DNA of 64,000 bases from a virus (IMGVR_UViG_3300028805_002025:1-64000); one strand, 5' to 3'; shown: positions 45,639 through 57,194, numbered from the stretch's first letter. Notes: generated by a model not told the origin, from the sequence alone. Numbers and translations are program-made.

Positions 45639-47542
45639 TAGCTGACCTCCTCGAACTCAGCATCCTGTACCTCTGGTTGCTCAGAAGCTGGCTCTGATGC
45701 AGCTGCCTCCTCAGTTGCCTGTGAAGTCTGTTGGGTCTGCTGCGAAGCATAGATTCTCTGGGAGATTCCATTCCACGTGTCGTTGATGGTCTTCTCCAGT
45801 TCTCCAATCTTGTTGGCATCCTTAGCTGCCACAGCGTCTTTAAGGCTGCTTACAAGCCCATCAAGCTTCGATTTCTCGTCAGTGGTAAGATTACCCTTCT
45901 GCTCCTCGATAAGCTTCTCCTGGGCAAAAATAAGCTGGTCGCCCTTGTTGATGGCATCAGCCACCTCACGCTCCTTCTTGTCAGCCTCAGCATTAGCCTC
46001 AGCCTCAGCCTTCATGCGCTCGATTTCCTCCTTGCTAAGACCAGAGGAAGCCTCGATACGGATAGCCTGCTCCTTGCCTGTAGCCTTGTCCTTTGCAGTA
46101 ACCTTAAGGATACCGTTGGCATCAATATCGAATGATACCTCAATCTGAGGAATACCACGCTTTGCTGGCATGATACCAGTAAGATTGAACTTACCGATGC
46201 TCTTGTTCTGAGCTGCCATAGGACGCTCACCCTGGAGCACGTGGATTGTCACCTCAGTCTGGTTGTCTGCTGCGGTAGAGAACACCTCGCTCTTCTTGCA
46301 TGGAATTGTGGTATTAGCATCAATCAGCTTGGTCATCACACCACCAAGGGTCTCAATACCCAGTGTCAATGGGGTAACGTCAAGCAGCACAATGTCGCCT
46401 ACTCCACCTTCCTTGTTGAGCACAGCACCCTGTACGCAAGCACCAAGTGATACTGCCTCGTCTGGGTTCACTGCCTTAGATGGCTCACGTCCGAAGACAT
46501 CCTTCACAATCTGCTGCAATGCAGGGATACGTGTAGAACCACCCACAAGGATAACCTCGTCAATGTCAGCTGCTGTCAACTTAGCATCCTCCAGTGCCTT
46601 CTTACAAGGCTCGATGTGACGCTTAAGCAGAGAATCACACAACTGCTCGAACTTAGCACGGCTAAGGGTCTTATCCATGTGCTTAGGCTGTCCGTTCACA
46701 GGCATGATATAAGGAAGGTTGATGTCTGTGCTGTTAGATGAAGACAGCTCAATCTTAGCCTTCTCAGCAGCCTCCTTAAGACGCTGCATTGCCATTGGGT
46801 CAGTAGTAAGGTCTGCACCCTCGTCGTTCTTGAACTCCTGTACCAGCCAGTCGATAATAGCCTGGTCGAAGTCATCACCACCAAGGTGGGTATCACCATT
46901 GGTAGAAAGCACCTCGAACACACCGCCACCGAACTCCAAGATGGAGATATCGAATGTACCACCACCAGCATCGAATACAGCAATCTTCATGTCCTTGTCA
47001 GCCTTGTCGATACCGTAGGCAAGGGCAGCAGCCGTAGGCTCGTTCACAATACGCTTAACCTCCAGACCAGCAATCTGTCCAGCCTCCTTGGTGGCTTGAC
47101 GCTGTGAGTCAGAGAAGTAGGCAGGTACTGTGATGACAGCCTCTGTAACCTCCTGTCCAAGGTAATCCTCAGCGGTCTTCTTCATCTTCTGGAGAATCAT
47201 TGCTGAAATCTCCTGTGGCGTATACTTACGTCCATCGATGTCAACACGAGGATAACCACCCTCGTTCACAACATTGAAAGGAACACGGTCAATCTCCTTC
47301 TTACACTGCTCATAGGTCTCACCCATGAAACGCTTGATTGAGTAGACAGTGTTCTTAGGATTGGTAACAGCCTGTCTCTTAGCTGGCTCACCAATCTTAC
47401 GTTCACCATTCTCAGCGAAACCCACAACTGATGGGGTTGTACGCTTACCTTCACTGTTTACAATAACAGTTGGTTCATTTCCTTCATACACCGAAACACA
47501 TGAGTTTGATGTTCCAAGGTCAATTCCAATAATTTTTCCCAT
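45638..47542 (-). CDS. dnaK: chaperone DnaK
   Basis: GIDLGT, TVPAYF, GGGTFD, full-length Hsp70. Confidence 0.97.
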   Translation of the reverse strand: MGKIIGIDLGTSNSCVSVYEGNEPTVIVNSEGKRTTPSVVGFAENGERKIGEPAKRQAVTNPKNTVYSIKRFMGETYEQCKKEIDRVPFNVVNEGGYPRVDIDGRKYTPQEISAMILQKMKKTAEDYLGQEVTEAVITVPAYFSDSQRQATKEAGQIAGLEVKRIVNEPTAAALAYGIDKADKDMKIAVFDAGGGTFDISILEFGGGVFEVLSTNGDTHLGGDDFDQAIIDWLVQEFKNDEGADLTTDPMAMQRLKEAAEKAKIELSSSNSTDINLPYIMPVNGQPKHMDKTLSRAKFEQLCDSLLKRHIEPCKKALEDAKLTAADIDEVILVGGSTRIPALQQIVKDVFGREPSKAVNPDEAVSLGACVQGAVLNKEGGVGDIVLLDVTPLTLGIETLGGVMTKLIDANTTIPCKKSEVFSTAADNQTEVTIHVLQGERPMAAQNKSIGKFNLTGIMPAKRGIPQIEVSFDIDANGILKVTAKDKATGKEQAIRIEASSGLSKEEIERMKAEAEANAEADKKEREVADAINKGDQLIFAQEKLIEEQKGNLTTDEKSKLDGLVSSLKDAVAAKDANKIGELEKTINDTWNGISQRIYASQQTQQTSQATEEAAASEPASEQPEVQDAEFEEVS

Positions 47543-47566
47543 TTCTTTAAAACTTTTATATCAATG

Positions 47567-47812
47567 TTATTTTATTTTCGTCCACCTTTCGTCGAGAGTA
47601 CCATCTGAATATTTGCTGAATGGAATTGATGACTTAACCTTGGCATTTGGGTTGCCATACTCAATCCTCAAACCCTTTCCTGCGGTTGTAAACCTAGGGG
47701 ATTCCTCATCAACCACTCTGTCACCGCAATACCAGGTAAGCTTCAGCGTACCATCGTCGTATATGATTAAGAGGTATTTTGCGCCCTGCATGACACACTC
47801 ACCCTCGTACAT
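47567..47812 (-). CDS. hypothetical protein
   Basis: short ORF upstream of dnaK. Confidence 0.5.
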   Translation of the reverse strand: MYEGECVMQGAKYLLIIYDDGTLKLTWYCGDRVVDEESPRFTTAGKGLRIEYGNPNAKVKSSIPFSKYSDGTLDERWTKIK

Positions 47813-47832
47813 TTCTCTTACACTCTTATCCA

Positions 47833-47849
47833 TGCAAAAACTATGCCAA
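47833..47849 (-). promoter_or_regulatory. sigma-54 (-24/-12) promoter upstream of dnaK
   Basis: TTGGCATAGTTTTTGCA, with GG-N10-GC spacing. Confidence 0.75.
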
Positions 47850-47874
47850 ACTCTATATTATAACAATTTTTTTT

Positions 47875-48210
47875 TCAATATCCTACTGGTAACGCTGGGG
47901 CAACTTCCTTACCATCTACAATGAATGATTCAAACATTAGTCCCATGTTGTCTATATAGTCTTGCCTATGGAATGTCTTACCATCATAGTAGATAAAGTA
48001 ACACTTAGTAGTCTCACCCCAAGGATTTTGTCTTATCACCCTGTAGAGGATACCGTCACAAACATTCTTCTCATACAGTTCCTTGGCTTTGTTGCGTATT
48101 TCGCTCATTGACCAAGAACCACCGATGAATGAGAATATGTATGGGCTTTCACCTCTATGGTCTTTCGCTACCTTGCCTTCTACTTTCCAATAGTTGATAT
48201 AAGCACTCAT
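47875..48210 (-). CDS. hypothetical protein
   Basis: 111-aa ORF. Confidence 0.6.
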   Translation of the reverse strand: MSAYINYWKVEGKVAKDHRGESPYIFSFIGGSWSMSEIRNKAKELYEKNVCDGILYRVIRQNPWGETTKCYFIYYDGKTFHRQDYIDNMGLMFESFIVDGKEVAPALPVGY

Positions 48211-48325
48211 ATTAATCTCGTGAGATTATCTTTCTAATGCGGTAACGTGACACACCTTCCATTAATGCTGCCAACGCAATCACCGCTGTTCCAATTAATA
48301 TAATCTTATTCATATTTCTTTTATA

Positions 48326-48517
48326 TTACCACCAGAATATTCCTCCCCAAATGAGGATAAGTAAAACAGTCACTACAGTCAACGCCAGGTATTTGATAGC
48401 ATCATATAGTCCAGCAAAAAAGTCTTTTTCCTCTTCCACAAACAGTTTGAACAGGAAATAAGCCAGAGCTATAATCAGCACTATACCTACAATGTTATAC
48501 CACGCAATCGTAATCAT
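48326..48517 (-). CDS. small membrane protein
   Basis: two TM segments, ends WGGIFWW. Confidence 0.65.
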   Translation of the reverse strand: MITIAWYNIVGIVLIIALAYFLFKLFVEEEKDFFAGLYDAIKYLALTVVTVLLILIWGGIFWW

Positions 48518-48610
48518 GTTGTTTTAATTTTGGTGCAAAGATATAAAAAAAGACTGAGATAACCAAATATCTCAGCCCTTTTTAATTTTTTTTAACTATT
48601 CTCCAGCTTA

Positions 48611-49027
48611 TTATTCTGGAAGGTAGTCGTCAATGTTCTCTGTCATGTAGTTCAACTTAACAAATAACTCGGCCATAATTGCATCGTCAGTAAGCATGGT
48701 GACACTGTTTGTCTCAAGGACACCAAGGTTATCGCCAGCAGCGATTCTAGCCTTTGCCACTTCAATACCCTTCTCCTCGTCAAATTCATCCAATGGGTGA
48801 CAAATTGACGCACCGATTGTCAGCTTTCTCTTGAAGAACTTTCGAGCATATTTCAGCTCGCCATTAACGAATGAACCAGGCTTAACTTCAACTGGAATTG
48901 GGTCGTTGAACTCCTTCTTCTCAGTTCCCTGCTCCAACTTTCCTACCACCGTAACTACGTGGTTCTTTCCATCCAGACCCTGTGCATTTCCGTAAAGATG
49001 GAAAAATCTAGTTTTTAATCTACTCAT
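48611..49027 (-). CDS. hypothetical phage protein
   Basis: SICHPLDEFDEEKG motif. Confidence 0.7.
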   Translation of the reverse strand: MSRLKTRFFHLYGNAQGLDGKNHVVTVVGKLEQGTEKKEFNDPIPVEVKPGSFVNGELKYARKFFKRKLTIGASICHPLDEFDEEKGIEVAKARIAAGDNLGVLETNSVTMLTDDAIMAELFVKLNYMTENIDDYLPE

Positions 49028-49044
49028 AACTATATAGTTTTAAA

Positions 49045-49374
49045 TCAATTATTTTTCATTTCTGCTTCATACACTTTATCCCTTCTCTCAATCTCATCAA
49101 ATGGAGATACACCAGGATTAAGTGTAGTTATTTTATCAAATCCGTTTGCCTCTGTAATTAAAGATTCCTTCTCTGGAACACACCCATCGTATCTCTCACC
49201 ATACGACCCTGTAATTTTACCTGTTGCTGGGTCTATATCACCCCAATCAGCAGCACGTGGTGTTCCTATTACCTCAACAAAATACTTCTTTCCTGTGACC
49301 TTGGACGTTACTATAAACCTTCCTGTATGGTCACTATCCTTTAAAAATCTACTACTATCCATATTAGAATTCAT
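49045..49374 (-). CDS. hypothetical phage protein
   Basis: 109 aa, WGDIDPATGK. Confidence 0.7.
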   Translation of the reverse strand: MNSNMDSSRFLKDSDHTGRFIVTSKVTGKKYFVEVIGTPRAADWGDIDPATGKITGSYGERYDGCVPEKESLITEANGFDKITTLNPGVSPFDEIERRDKVYEAEMKNN

Positions 49375-49560
49375 TCTTTTGTATTGTTACCTTTCTTGTG
49401 TATTCCTTATCATCACAAATTTTTTTAAATAGGGAGTTCCACACTGGTGGAATAGGTCCTCCATTCAAATAGTACTGTCCTCTAAAGAATCTTATGTCAC
49501 TACCCTCTGGCAGTGTTCCATAGTTACATACGTAAGGTTTGATTAACACATATTTCTCAT

Positions 49561-50046
49561 TCATAGTCTAACTTTATTTAATGTGGCACTTATCTCTTCG
49601 AGAATCGGTGTCATTATTTCATCTACCTTATCCCAATCAACTGATGGTCTATTACAACCTTCTGCCATAATGACAGGTGTTCCTATGTTACGGTCATCAA
49701 TCGAGAAGACAGCCCAAGCCTTCGTAACCTCATTACCGTCCTTATCCTGCTGTGGGTTCTTCCTAATACCATACAGCTCTATGCCGTTTTCCATCAATAT
49801 CTTCAATGGTTCTTCTAGTATTCCGTCATGCCTCATGGTGTCAAGGATAAATCCTACGTTATAATCCTTAATCCAACGCTTCATAACCTTGAAAGCCTTG
49901 TAATTGATTTCCATAGTTCCATCCTTCCATGATGAACAACTTGTGATGGTGAAATCCCAGTCAACTGTAATAGGGATTATCCACCTTCCGTCCTTACTTC
50001 TCTCCCCGTAATAGAGGATTTCATCTATAATTCCCTCGTATTTCAT
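49561..50046 (-). CDS. HAD-like hydrolase
   Basis: VDWDFTI, TMR, IDDRN motifs. Confidence 0.7.
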   Translation of the reverse strand: MKYEGIIDEILYYGERSKDGRWIIPITVDWDFTITSCSSWKDGTMEINYKAFKVMKRWIKDYNVGFILDTMRHDGILEEPLKILMENGIELYGIRKNPQQDKDGNEVTKAWAVFSIDDRNIGTPVIMAEGCNRPSVDWDKVDEIMTPILEEISATLNKVRL

Positions 50047-50090
50047 AACTATTTAAAATATAATAAGAATAACAATAAAAACCAATATAA

Positions 50091-50705
50091 TTACAATCTC
50101 TTTTGATTATTTAATTTCCAAGCCTCACTAGTTCTCTGCCTGTTTATCTCCCTAACTGGTGTGTTAACAAGCTCTTCTGGATACTCCGTATCCTTCTTTT
50201 CATACATACCAAGTCCGTGTTTCTTCCAGTAGGCGTGGTTAAGCCTTGATAGAACACCATAATTATACATCGTTGTATAGTCGTTTCTGTCCTCATAGTC
50301 AAGAGGTATGTCATGTTCCCTACAGAACCTATATATGAACTCCGCGAACGCTCTAGACCTGCTCATTCCAGCCCTACAGTGTATAAATACCTTCTCTGGA
50401 TGCTTTTCTATCATTGATTCAATGAAATCCACTGCCTTCTCAGCCTGCTCCATAGTTATCGTCTTGAACAGATGACCATTGTATAACACATCGTCCCCTA
50501 TGTCGTCGAAATCGAGATTTAAGACGTTCTGGTGGTCTTTGAAGTAGTGCTTGGTGTCTCCTTCATCCAAGTAGTAATTAAGACATTCTGGAGTACCTAT
50601 GATGGATATGTAAAAGTTTCCTGTGTCCTCTACATTATTATCATTGATTCCAAGCTTCTTCATATTCTCATCAAACCAGTAATGAGACAATACTATTATT
50701 TTCAT
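50091..50705 (-). CDS. protein tyrosine/dual-specificity phosphatase-like protein
   Basis: HCRAGMSRS (CX5R), FDD. Confidence 0.85.
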   Translation of the reverse strand: MKIIVLSHYWFDENMKKLGINDNNVEDTGNFYISIIGTPECLNYYLDEGDTKHYFKDHQNVLNLDFDDIGDDVLYNGHLFKTITMEQAEKAVDFIESMIEKHPEKVFIHCRAGMSRSRAFAEFIYRFCREHDIPLDYEDRNDYTTMYNYGVLSRLNHAYWKKHGLGMYEKKDTEYPEELVNTPVREINRQRTSEAWKLNNQKRL

Positions 50706-50708
50706 TTC

Positions 50709-51149
50709 TTATCTATTTAATATTGTAGTTGTTATCCACCCATCATAGAAATTATAAGCATTGGTAGTCGTAGTGGTAGAATAATTGGAATTTATTGCAC
50801 TATTAGAAGCCGATGAACCAATGGAATACGTTCCATATAATCCATTTATTGTCCACGACCAATCATCCCAATCATCAACATCCCAATAAGGAGAATAATA
50901 CCCAATTTTCTTTTTCTTCGGTACATATCCTACTTTCTTTGGCTTCCCGAATGAACTCCTCTTTATTTTGCAATATTTATCCTTCAACTCGTAATATGCA
51001 ATATACAATGCATCAACTTCATTTTCTGTCTTCGTGTTAGCGTCATCTATTGCCAAATCCACAAGCCCTGGGCTTATAACCTTCTTAAGGTTTTCTAGGC
51101 GTTTCTCCATGACCTCCTTGCTCCATCGCTTCTCTATATAATCACTCAT
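50709..51149 (-). CDS. hypothetical protein
   Basis: 146-aa ORF. Confidence 0.55.
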   Translation of the reverse strand: MSDYIEKRWSKEVMEKRLENLKKVISPGLVDLAIDDANTKTENEVDALYIAYYELKDKYCKIKRSSFGKPKKVGYVPKKKKIGYYSPYWDVDDWDDWSWTINGLYGTYSIGSSASNSAINSNYSTTTTTNAYNFYDGWITTTILNR

Positions 51150-51297
51150 ACAAATTAGTACTTAAAATCCCACACTTGAAGCCCATTATCAAGCTTTCTT
51201 ATAACCTTTTTCACAAACCTGTAGAAATAGGTAGATGATATGAAGCTGGTAAGCAACACACCTATTACACTACCTAATACAATTTTCTTTGTTGTTG

Positions 51298-51597
51298 TCA
51301 TAAAACACTCCTTAATCTATTAACTAATTCATCATCAATATCTTTAAAAAAAATATAATTTTTATCAATATAAAATTCTTTAAATACGTTTGTATTTCTA
51401 TATCTGTAAGGAATAATGTAAATTACATTGATTCCATTATCCTTGCATTGCATATATTTCAGATTATCCCTATCCAGTCTTATTTTTAAATCATCTTCTC
51501 CTCCATATTTTTTTACTGGTACAAAATGCTGTCCTCCTTGACACTCTATTGCTGTTTTACCACATAAAAAATCCAATAAATATATACAAATAACCAA
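51298..51597 (-). pseudogene. truncated homing endonuclease nuclease domain
   Basis: LDF...AIECQGGQH resembles the C-terminus of the 36396 ORF; N-terminal domains absent. Confidence 0.55.
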
Positions 51598-51626
51598 AAA
51601 ATTACTATTGGTAACAGTTTTTTTGC

Positions 51627-52502
51627 TTAAAAAGCGTTTTTAAACCACTCTTCTTTATAAAGTAAATTAATCGGTATTAGTTCATAAGTACCGTCATCCT
51701 TTAGCCATATAACTCTAGCCGCTATCGGTGGAAGTCCTATTCCAGCCAAGCATAAACTATATAAATTTAACTGGAGTGTGTAGTAAGACAGAGGTTCTTC
51801 AAAATAATTGGAAAATGGAGGCAAAAGCATTTTTTCGTGTTCCCTACTAAAATCTTTTTTCAGTTCTTTATTAGTCTTCCAATCAAGCACAACTAACCCA
51901 CTTTTTGATTTGTCATCTGGATTATCATAATACATCAACAAATCAAAAGTACCACAAAAAGGTTTTTTTACTTCTGAAACCTCACTTTTATTCGAATATA
52001 CCTTAGTCTCAGCCAATACGAAGTGAAGGTTAGGGTTCAGTTCATTGTAGAACTTTAACACAGCCTCTTCCTTTGGTCTGGTAGGTATCAACCAGTTCTT
52101 CCCCTTCACATACTTTGGCTTACATGAATCTGGTAGAAACTCTGGGTGTCCGTTCTTTAACCATCCAAGACCTTCCCCATACTCGTGCGTTAGTGTACCA
52201 GACGTTGTTGCCACCAGGTTGGTGAATTTCCACTTGTCAAGCCAGTACTGGGCAGTCTCTCCGTGAGTCTCTGCGTATCTCTCTGCCTGTTCCTTCTCAT
52301 TGAATGGGTAGGCACAGAAATGGTGCGTTACCTCTGATACTGATGGTAGCTGGACTCCATCAAGGAAATACTTGTGTCCTTCCTCTATGAAGACCAGCCC
52401 ATCAAACTCCCTCAATATCTTATTCCTTATCTCTGTAACTTCCTTGGGTTCTCCCTTAACTTTTATTGTCTTTGAAGCCATTATATCACAAATTTTATGC
52501 AA
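51627..52502 (-). CDS. PD-(D/E)XK exonuclease-like protein
   Basis: GTLTH, GTFDLL, DWKT, YTLQLNLY motifs. Confidence 0.85.
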   Translation of the reverse strand: MHKICDIMASKTIKVKGEPKEVTEIRNKILREFDGLVFIEEGHKYFLDGVQLPSVSEVTHHFCAYPFNEKEQAERYAETHGETAQYWLDKWKFTNLVATTSGTLTHEYGEGLGWLKNGHPEFLPDSCKPKYVKGKNWLIPTRPKEEAVLKFYNELNPNLHFVLAETKVYSNKSEVSEVKKPFCGTFDLLMYYDNPDDKSKSGLVVLDWKTNKELKKDFSREHEKMLLPPFSNYFEEPLSYYTLQLNLYSLCLAGIGLPPIAARVIWLKDDGTYELIPINLLYKEEWFKNAF

Positions 52503-53166
52503 AGATATATAAAAAATATTAAAAAAACAAATTTTTATTAAAAAATATTTATTAATATGAAGATATTATATAAATCGATTATCGTATTAATATTAGCTAT
52601 ATTATTAGTATCTTGTAAAACAGCTAATACTGTTGTAGTAATGGATAATAATGTATACTACGACTATGATGCTGTGATTGCTAATGACCTGTATAACGAG
52701 TTATATAATAATGGAGTAATCAAGAATAAACCAATAGTGATAAAATAAAAATAGTAACCAAGGTGTGGTTACTATTTTTATTTTATTGATATACTTCCAA
52801 TATCTGTATTATTTCACTTCCCTATTTATAAGTAGGGTTATAATACATTGTTACTCTATAAGTACCTATAGCTACTATTTCCTCTGAATAGTGAGGATGA
52901 AGTTCTCCTCCAGAGCTTCTATCTACATTATACATTCTCACTTTAGCACGTGTTGCACAATTACCTCCATCTCTTATTTGCACGCTAGTATACATCAGTA
53001 TCAATGTCGGCAATACTATCAACCTTACGACCTTTCTTCTTGGTGCTTACTGGTTGTGTTGGTTTTTCGCCCTGTTTTACAATATAGATAAAAGAATCAT
53101 GCTCCATAATATAAATATTTTTTTATAAATACTTGTGTTTTCATATTTTTTCATTATATTTTATAC

Positions 53167-53637
53167 ATGGGACATGTTTATTTAATAGGCGCACGTGACC
53201 TACCAGGTAGATACAAGATAGGGTCTACCAGGGGTAAGAACGTTAACAAGAGACTGAAGCAGCTCCAGACTGGAAGCTCCTCAGAACTATACATAAAAGA
53301 ATCATATGAAACAGAGCATCCTTTCAAACTTGAAAAAATGCTCCACAATCACTTTGAATCATCAAACCTTATAGGGGAATGGTTCGAGCTGCCCGAAGCC
53401 GATACAAGGGACTTTAGGAGGCTCTGCGAGGACAAATCGAAGGTGATTGAGTCACTAAAAGACAATCCGTTCTATTTTAATGCAAGAATTGTACCCATGA
53501 AGATTGATTTTGAGAAGAAAAACAGCAACGGCAGGGTGTATAGCCAGGAAATGATGAAATCACTGATTGAAGACTTTAATACAAGATTAAGGGAATTTGG
53601 TGATGTGTTAGGAGAGCTTAATCATCCTGTGGAATAA
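53167..53637 (+). CDS. T5orf172/GIY-YIG domain fused to a prohead-protease-like N-terminal fragment
   Basis: VYLI...YKIGST...RLKQLQTG...GEWF; tail KNSNGRVY...LGELNHP. Confidence 0.75.
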   Translation: MGHVYLIGARDLPGRYKIGSTRGKNVNKRLKQLQTGSSSELYIKESYETEHPFKLEKMLHNHFESSNLIGEWFELPEADTRDFRRLCEDKSKVIESLKDNPFYFNARIVPMKIDFEKKNSNGRVYSQEMMKSLIEDFNTRLREFGDVLGELNHPVE

Positions 53638-53774
53638 AAAAAGGAGAAACTTAGTCGGTTTCTCCTTTATTTATAAGCTTCTCATAGAACTTGTCTATGG
53701 CATACTTTAATTCTCTTTCCGTATCACGGGACGATATGAATGGTAGCGTTCTCATCATGTCGGCTACCACCTCG

Positions 53775-54182
53775 TCACGTATCCTGTTCTTTTCTTGCTC
53801 GTCTTGCATTCCTCATTTCCTCCATCTTCTCCTTCAAGAGCTTCTTCTGTAGCTCCTCAGCTATCACATCACCATGACAAGGCTCTGGTTTACAGAAGCA
53901 TGCAAGCCAGATGTCCTCACCGTTCTTGTAATGCTCGTATATCTCGTCGAATACCTTGGTAAGCTCTGTATCCTTACCATAAGCTTTCTCAAAATATATC
54001 CTGTAGGCATTAATGGCTTCCTCACGTGTCTTGAATGATAGCTTCGCCAGATTACTTCTCTTGCCGTTGTGGGTGAATGGATTTCCAAGAGGATTACCAT
54101 GCTTAGACCTACCTATGTACCAGTTATTATCTTCTGAGGTGTGGTCTTCTTGGTGAAGATTGTAAACGTGTATTTGTCCCAT
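53775..54182 (-). CDS. DUF4326-like protein
   Basis: YIGR, LGNPF, LACFCKPEPCHGDVI. Confidence 0.8.
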   Translation of the reverse strand: MGQIHVYNLHQEDHTSEDNNWYIGRSKHGNPLGNPFTHNGKRSNLAKLSFKTREEAINAYRIYFEKAYGKDTELTKVFDEIYEHYKNGEDIWLACFCKPEPCHGDVIAEELQKKLLKEKMEEMRNARRARKEQDT

Positions 54183-54660
54183 TCTTCTTATCCTTTAGTA
54201 CAAACTGATTATCTTCTCCTTTTTTAAAACAACTGCAAGCTTTCTTATTGCTTTTATCCCAATCGACCCTATATTCAAGAAAGTGATGCCAACGGTCAAC
54301 GTAGTATTTGACATACACACCAGTACCCTTTTTATTCATTACTCCCATCCACCAGTGCCTCCAGTATCTTTCATCAAAATCCTCTTCGTCCTTGTATCTG
54401 TCATAGAGCATTTGCCACCTTGGGTTTGAGTTTCTTCTCTTCACAAGGTTTGGTGCTAATATGAATAACCTAGTTACAAAGCATCTAAGCTGTCTGTTAT
54501 TCCTGGACAGATACCCTTCAACAAAGTCCTTCTTGAAGAGGGGTCTTGTTTTGAAGTATCTGTTTCCTGGATTATGTGATATGATTTCCCTAAAGAACAG
54601 ATACTCACCCAAGGTACAATTCTCCCGTAGGAACTGCAAGAATAGTTGGGTGGCTGTCAT
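54127..54660 (-). CDS. hypothetical protein
   Basis: 177-aa ORF. Confidence 0.6.
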   Translation of the reverse strand: MTATQLFLQFLRENCTLGEYLFFREIISHNPGNRYFKTRPLFKKDFVEGYLSRNNRQLRCFVTRLFILAPNLVKRRNSNPRWQMLYDRYKDEEDFDERYWRHWWMGVMNKKGTGVYVKYYVDRWHHFLEYRVDWDKSNKKACSCFKKGEDNQFVLKDKKNGTNTRLQSSPRRPHLRR

Positions 54661-55391
54661 GGTTAAATCATTTCATTGATAGCCTTCAGAACCTTGTTTA
54701 TCTCCTTTGGATTCTTCTTTGCCATCTTGTTGAACACCTCAATAGCCGTAGCCCTATCAATCTCATTGCTCTTGAAAGCCTCAGCAGCATTCAAGATAGC
54801 GTCAACCTGCTCCATAGGCATGTTTAACGCTGATGCCATTGTCTTCTTTACAAAAATATTCATAACAGTCTTATTTAAAATTTGTCTCTATAGTGCAAAG
54901 ATATATATTTTTCTTGAGAAATACAAGAAATTACCTAATAAATTTGTCTTTCACACTGTCAAGACCCTCATAAATCTCCCTAACGTCGTCTCTGGAAAGG
55001 GTGATTTCATCGATGTAATGACCATATACATCATACATGGCTAAAATAAACTCCATAGTATCGTCATTGTATTTCAGCTCAACCTTTTCGTTACTTATTA
55101 TATTACTCATATCCTTTAGTTTCTGAATAAATATAATGCCATTTCAAAAAGTTATTTTTCAATCCCAGAACCACAACTCGTAGTTATTCATCTTCTGATG
55201 GCTAAGTCTTTCTCCATCAAACTCTTTGAACCATTTCTTATTCCTGTAGTACCACTTGAATTTTTTATGCCTTCTCCCGAAAACATGAGGACTGGTTTTC
55301 CTCCATGACTGAACCGAATATGAAGGACGCTTGGTCTTATTGCGCATATTCTTCCAGAACCTCTTAGGTGTGTTAAATTTCTTACCTTTGC

Positions 55392-56264
55392 TCATCTTTT
55401 TTTCATTAAACTATTCCTTCTTTGGTTATACGTCATACCATATCTGTCATTAACCTCATATGCTTCCATTTCACCTTTATTAGAATAGTAGTCTTTTTCC
55501 AACTCTTCAAATCCAGGATATTTTTTCAATCTATCTTGTGCGTCTTTAATATATTCATCAATAGTATCTCCGTTTTGAACCCACAACGCAATGTCTACTA
55601 GAGAATTCCTTTCTGGAGAGTCCTTATCATATGATTTAGACATATTGTAGATTTCTTTCCAATCAAGCCCCCTAACTTTTTCTGCTAACTCCATACTTGT
55701 CTCTATTTCTTTTTTAATTTTTTCATATGTCAAAAGATTAGGGGCTGGTGCTCCACCTTCCCAATTCTCATACCATTGAATTACATGTTGTATTTCGTGC
55801 TGAATTGTTGAATTACACTGGCGTTTTAAAAAATCTAACGGTAAAGCTGTCTTATTTTCCCACCATATCAAAGAAGGAGGTATTTGAATAAAATCAGGTC
55901 CTGTTTGTGCAAAATTACCACCATCCCCATATGCTAATAATATTCGTGTATTTCTAAGGTTGGGATACCACTTGTACAAATCGTCATCATCCCACAAATC
56001 AGATAACACTCGTATACTAGAGCTAGGAACTTGTTTGACAGTACCATCAACACCTTCATATTTCCAGTTTCCATCATACCCTATCTCCCAGCCTGTGGTT
56101 TGTTTTATTTTAAGAGGGTCTTCATTTTTTTCCATCATGGTCTTAGCGTTCTGTAATGCCAGCATTTCTGGTGACTCCTCACCTAGGTTAGCAAGACCAC
56201 GCTCCCCTCTAAACGATTCTGAAAACAATCTTTTGAATTTAGATTCTGTAAGTTTAATAATCAT
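55392..56264 (-). CDS. LPD23-like/zincin metallopeptidase-like protein
   Basis: TGWEIGYDGNWKYE, HEIQH, GEMEA motifs. Confidence 0.65.
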   Translation of the reverse strand: MIIKLTESKFKRLFSESFRGERGLANLGEESPEMLALQNAKTMMEKNEDPLKIKQTTGWEIGYDGNWKYEGVDGTVKQVPSSSIRVLSDLWDDDDLYKWYPNLRNTRILLAYGDGGNFAQTGPDFIQIPPSLIWWENKTALPLDFLKRQCNSTIQHEIQHVIQWYENWEGGAPAPNLLTYEKIKKEIETSMELAEKVRGLDWKEIYNMSKSYDKDSPERNSLVDIALWVQNGDTIDEYIKDAQDRLKKYPGFEELEKDYYSNKGEMEAYEVNDRYGMTYNQRRNSLMKKR

Positions 56265-56289
56265 ATAGAAACGTTTTCTATATAAATAG

Positions 56290-56327
56290 TTGGGACAGTG
56301 GGATTCGAACCCACAATGACAGCTCCA
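56290..56327 (-). pseudogene. 3' half of a split tRNA-Gln
   Basis: T arm plus TGTCCCA acceptor strand. Confidence 0.75.
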
Positions 56328-57194
56328 TTAGTGCCTTTTTAAATATTCTGGATTTCCGTTATTAAATTTCCATTTTATTTTTTCATTAAAAATCTCTCTT
56401 ACATAATTTCTCATTTCAACGGAATAAGTTGGTAAACTATATTTTTCACACCATTTCACAACGGCTTTATCACTAACACCATATTTTCTCCCAACGCCAG
56501 TAAAAGAACCAATTTTTCTAAAATCATTCAATAGCTGTTCTTTTGAAATTATTTTATTAGATTTTGGCTGCTTATTAACTATTTTCATTTTTTTCAATTT
56601 ACGTCCACAATAGTTATCTGTTAAAGTGTGACAATTAGGGCATAATAATTGTAAATTTTCAAGCCTATTATCAGTTCTATCACCATTAATATGATGTAGC
56701 TGTAATGGGATAGGTTTGCCATACCATTCTGATAAGCCACATTCTGGATTTTCGCACTTATGTTCTTTTATTCCTTCATTTAACAACCTTTCTCTTAATC
56801 TTGGTATAGAAATTGTTGAACCTTTAACTAGATACTCTTCTATTGAAATCTTTTTTTTAATACAACCTGGTTTATATGGTTCATATTCATTAAAATGTGA
56901 TATATCAATTTTATTTTCTTCTAAAATTTTCCTTATTTGTTTATAATATTCATTTGTTCCTTTTTTACCTAATATATGTAGTATTTGGTTAATATTGGTA
57001 CATTTTTTAGCAAGTTCGCATACCATATCTACATATTTTTGGTGCGATGATTTTTTTTCATCGTATTCATCAAGATTAATCTTATTGCAGTAGCAAGCGT
57101 TTGATTTGGTAATCAAAAGTTCTTTAGCTATTTCTCCAAAGCTTTTACCAGCTTTTCTTAATTTCTGTACTTGTACTATTATTTCTCTATCCAT
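56328..57194 (-). CDS. HNH homing endonuclease with HTH regions
   Basis: LQLHHINGDRTDNRLENLQLLCPNCH; low GC. Confidence 0.9.
   Translation of the reverse strand: MDREIIVQVQKLRKAGKSFGEIAKELLITKSNACYCNKINLDEYDEKKSSHQKYVDMVCELAKKCTNINQILHILGKKGTNEYYKQIRKILEENKIDISHFNEYEPYKPGCIKKKISIEEYLVKGSTISIPRLRERLLNEGIKEHKCENPECGLSEWYGKPIPLQLHHINGDRTDNRLENLQLLCPNCHTLTDNYCGRKLKKMKIVNKQPKSNKIISKEQLLNDFRKIGSFTGVGRKYGVSDKAVVKWCEKYSLPTYSVEMRNYVREIFNEKIKWKFNNGNPEYLKRH

Noticed and set aside
25326-47924. Plus-strand ORFs antisense to telA, rtcB, nadE, tyrS, dnaJ and dnaK
   Set aside because: Antisense shadows of well-supported genes.
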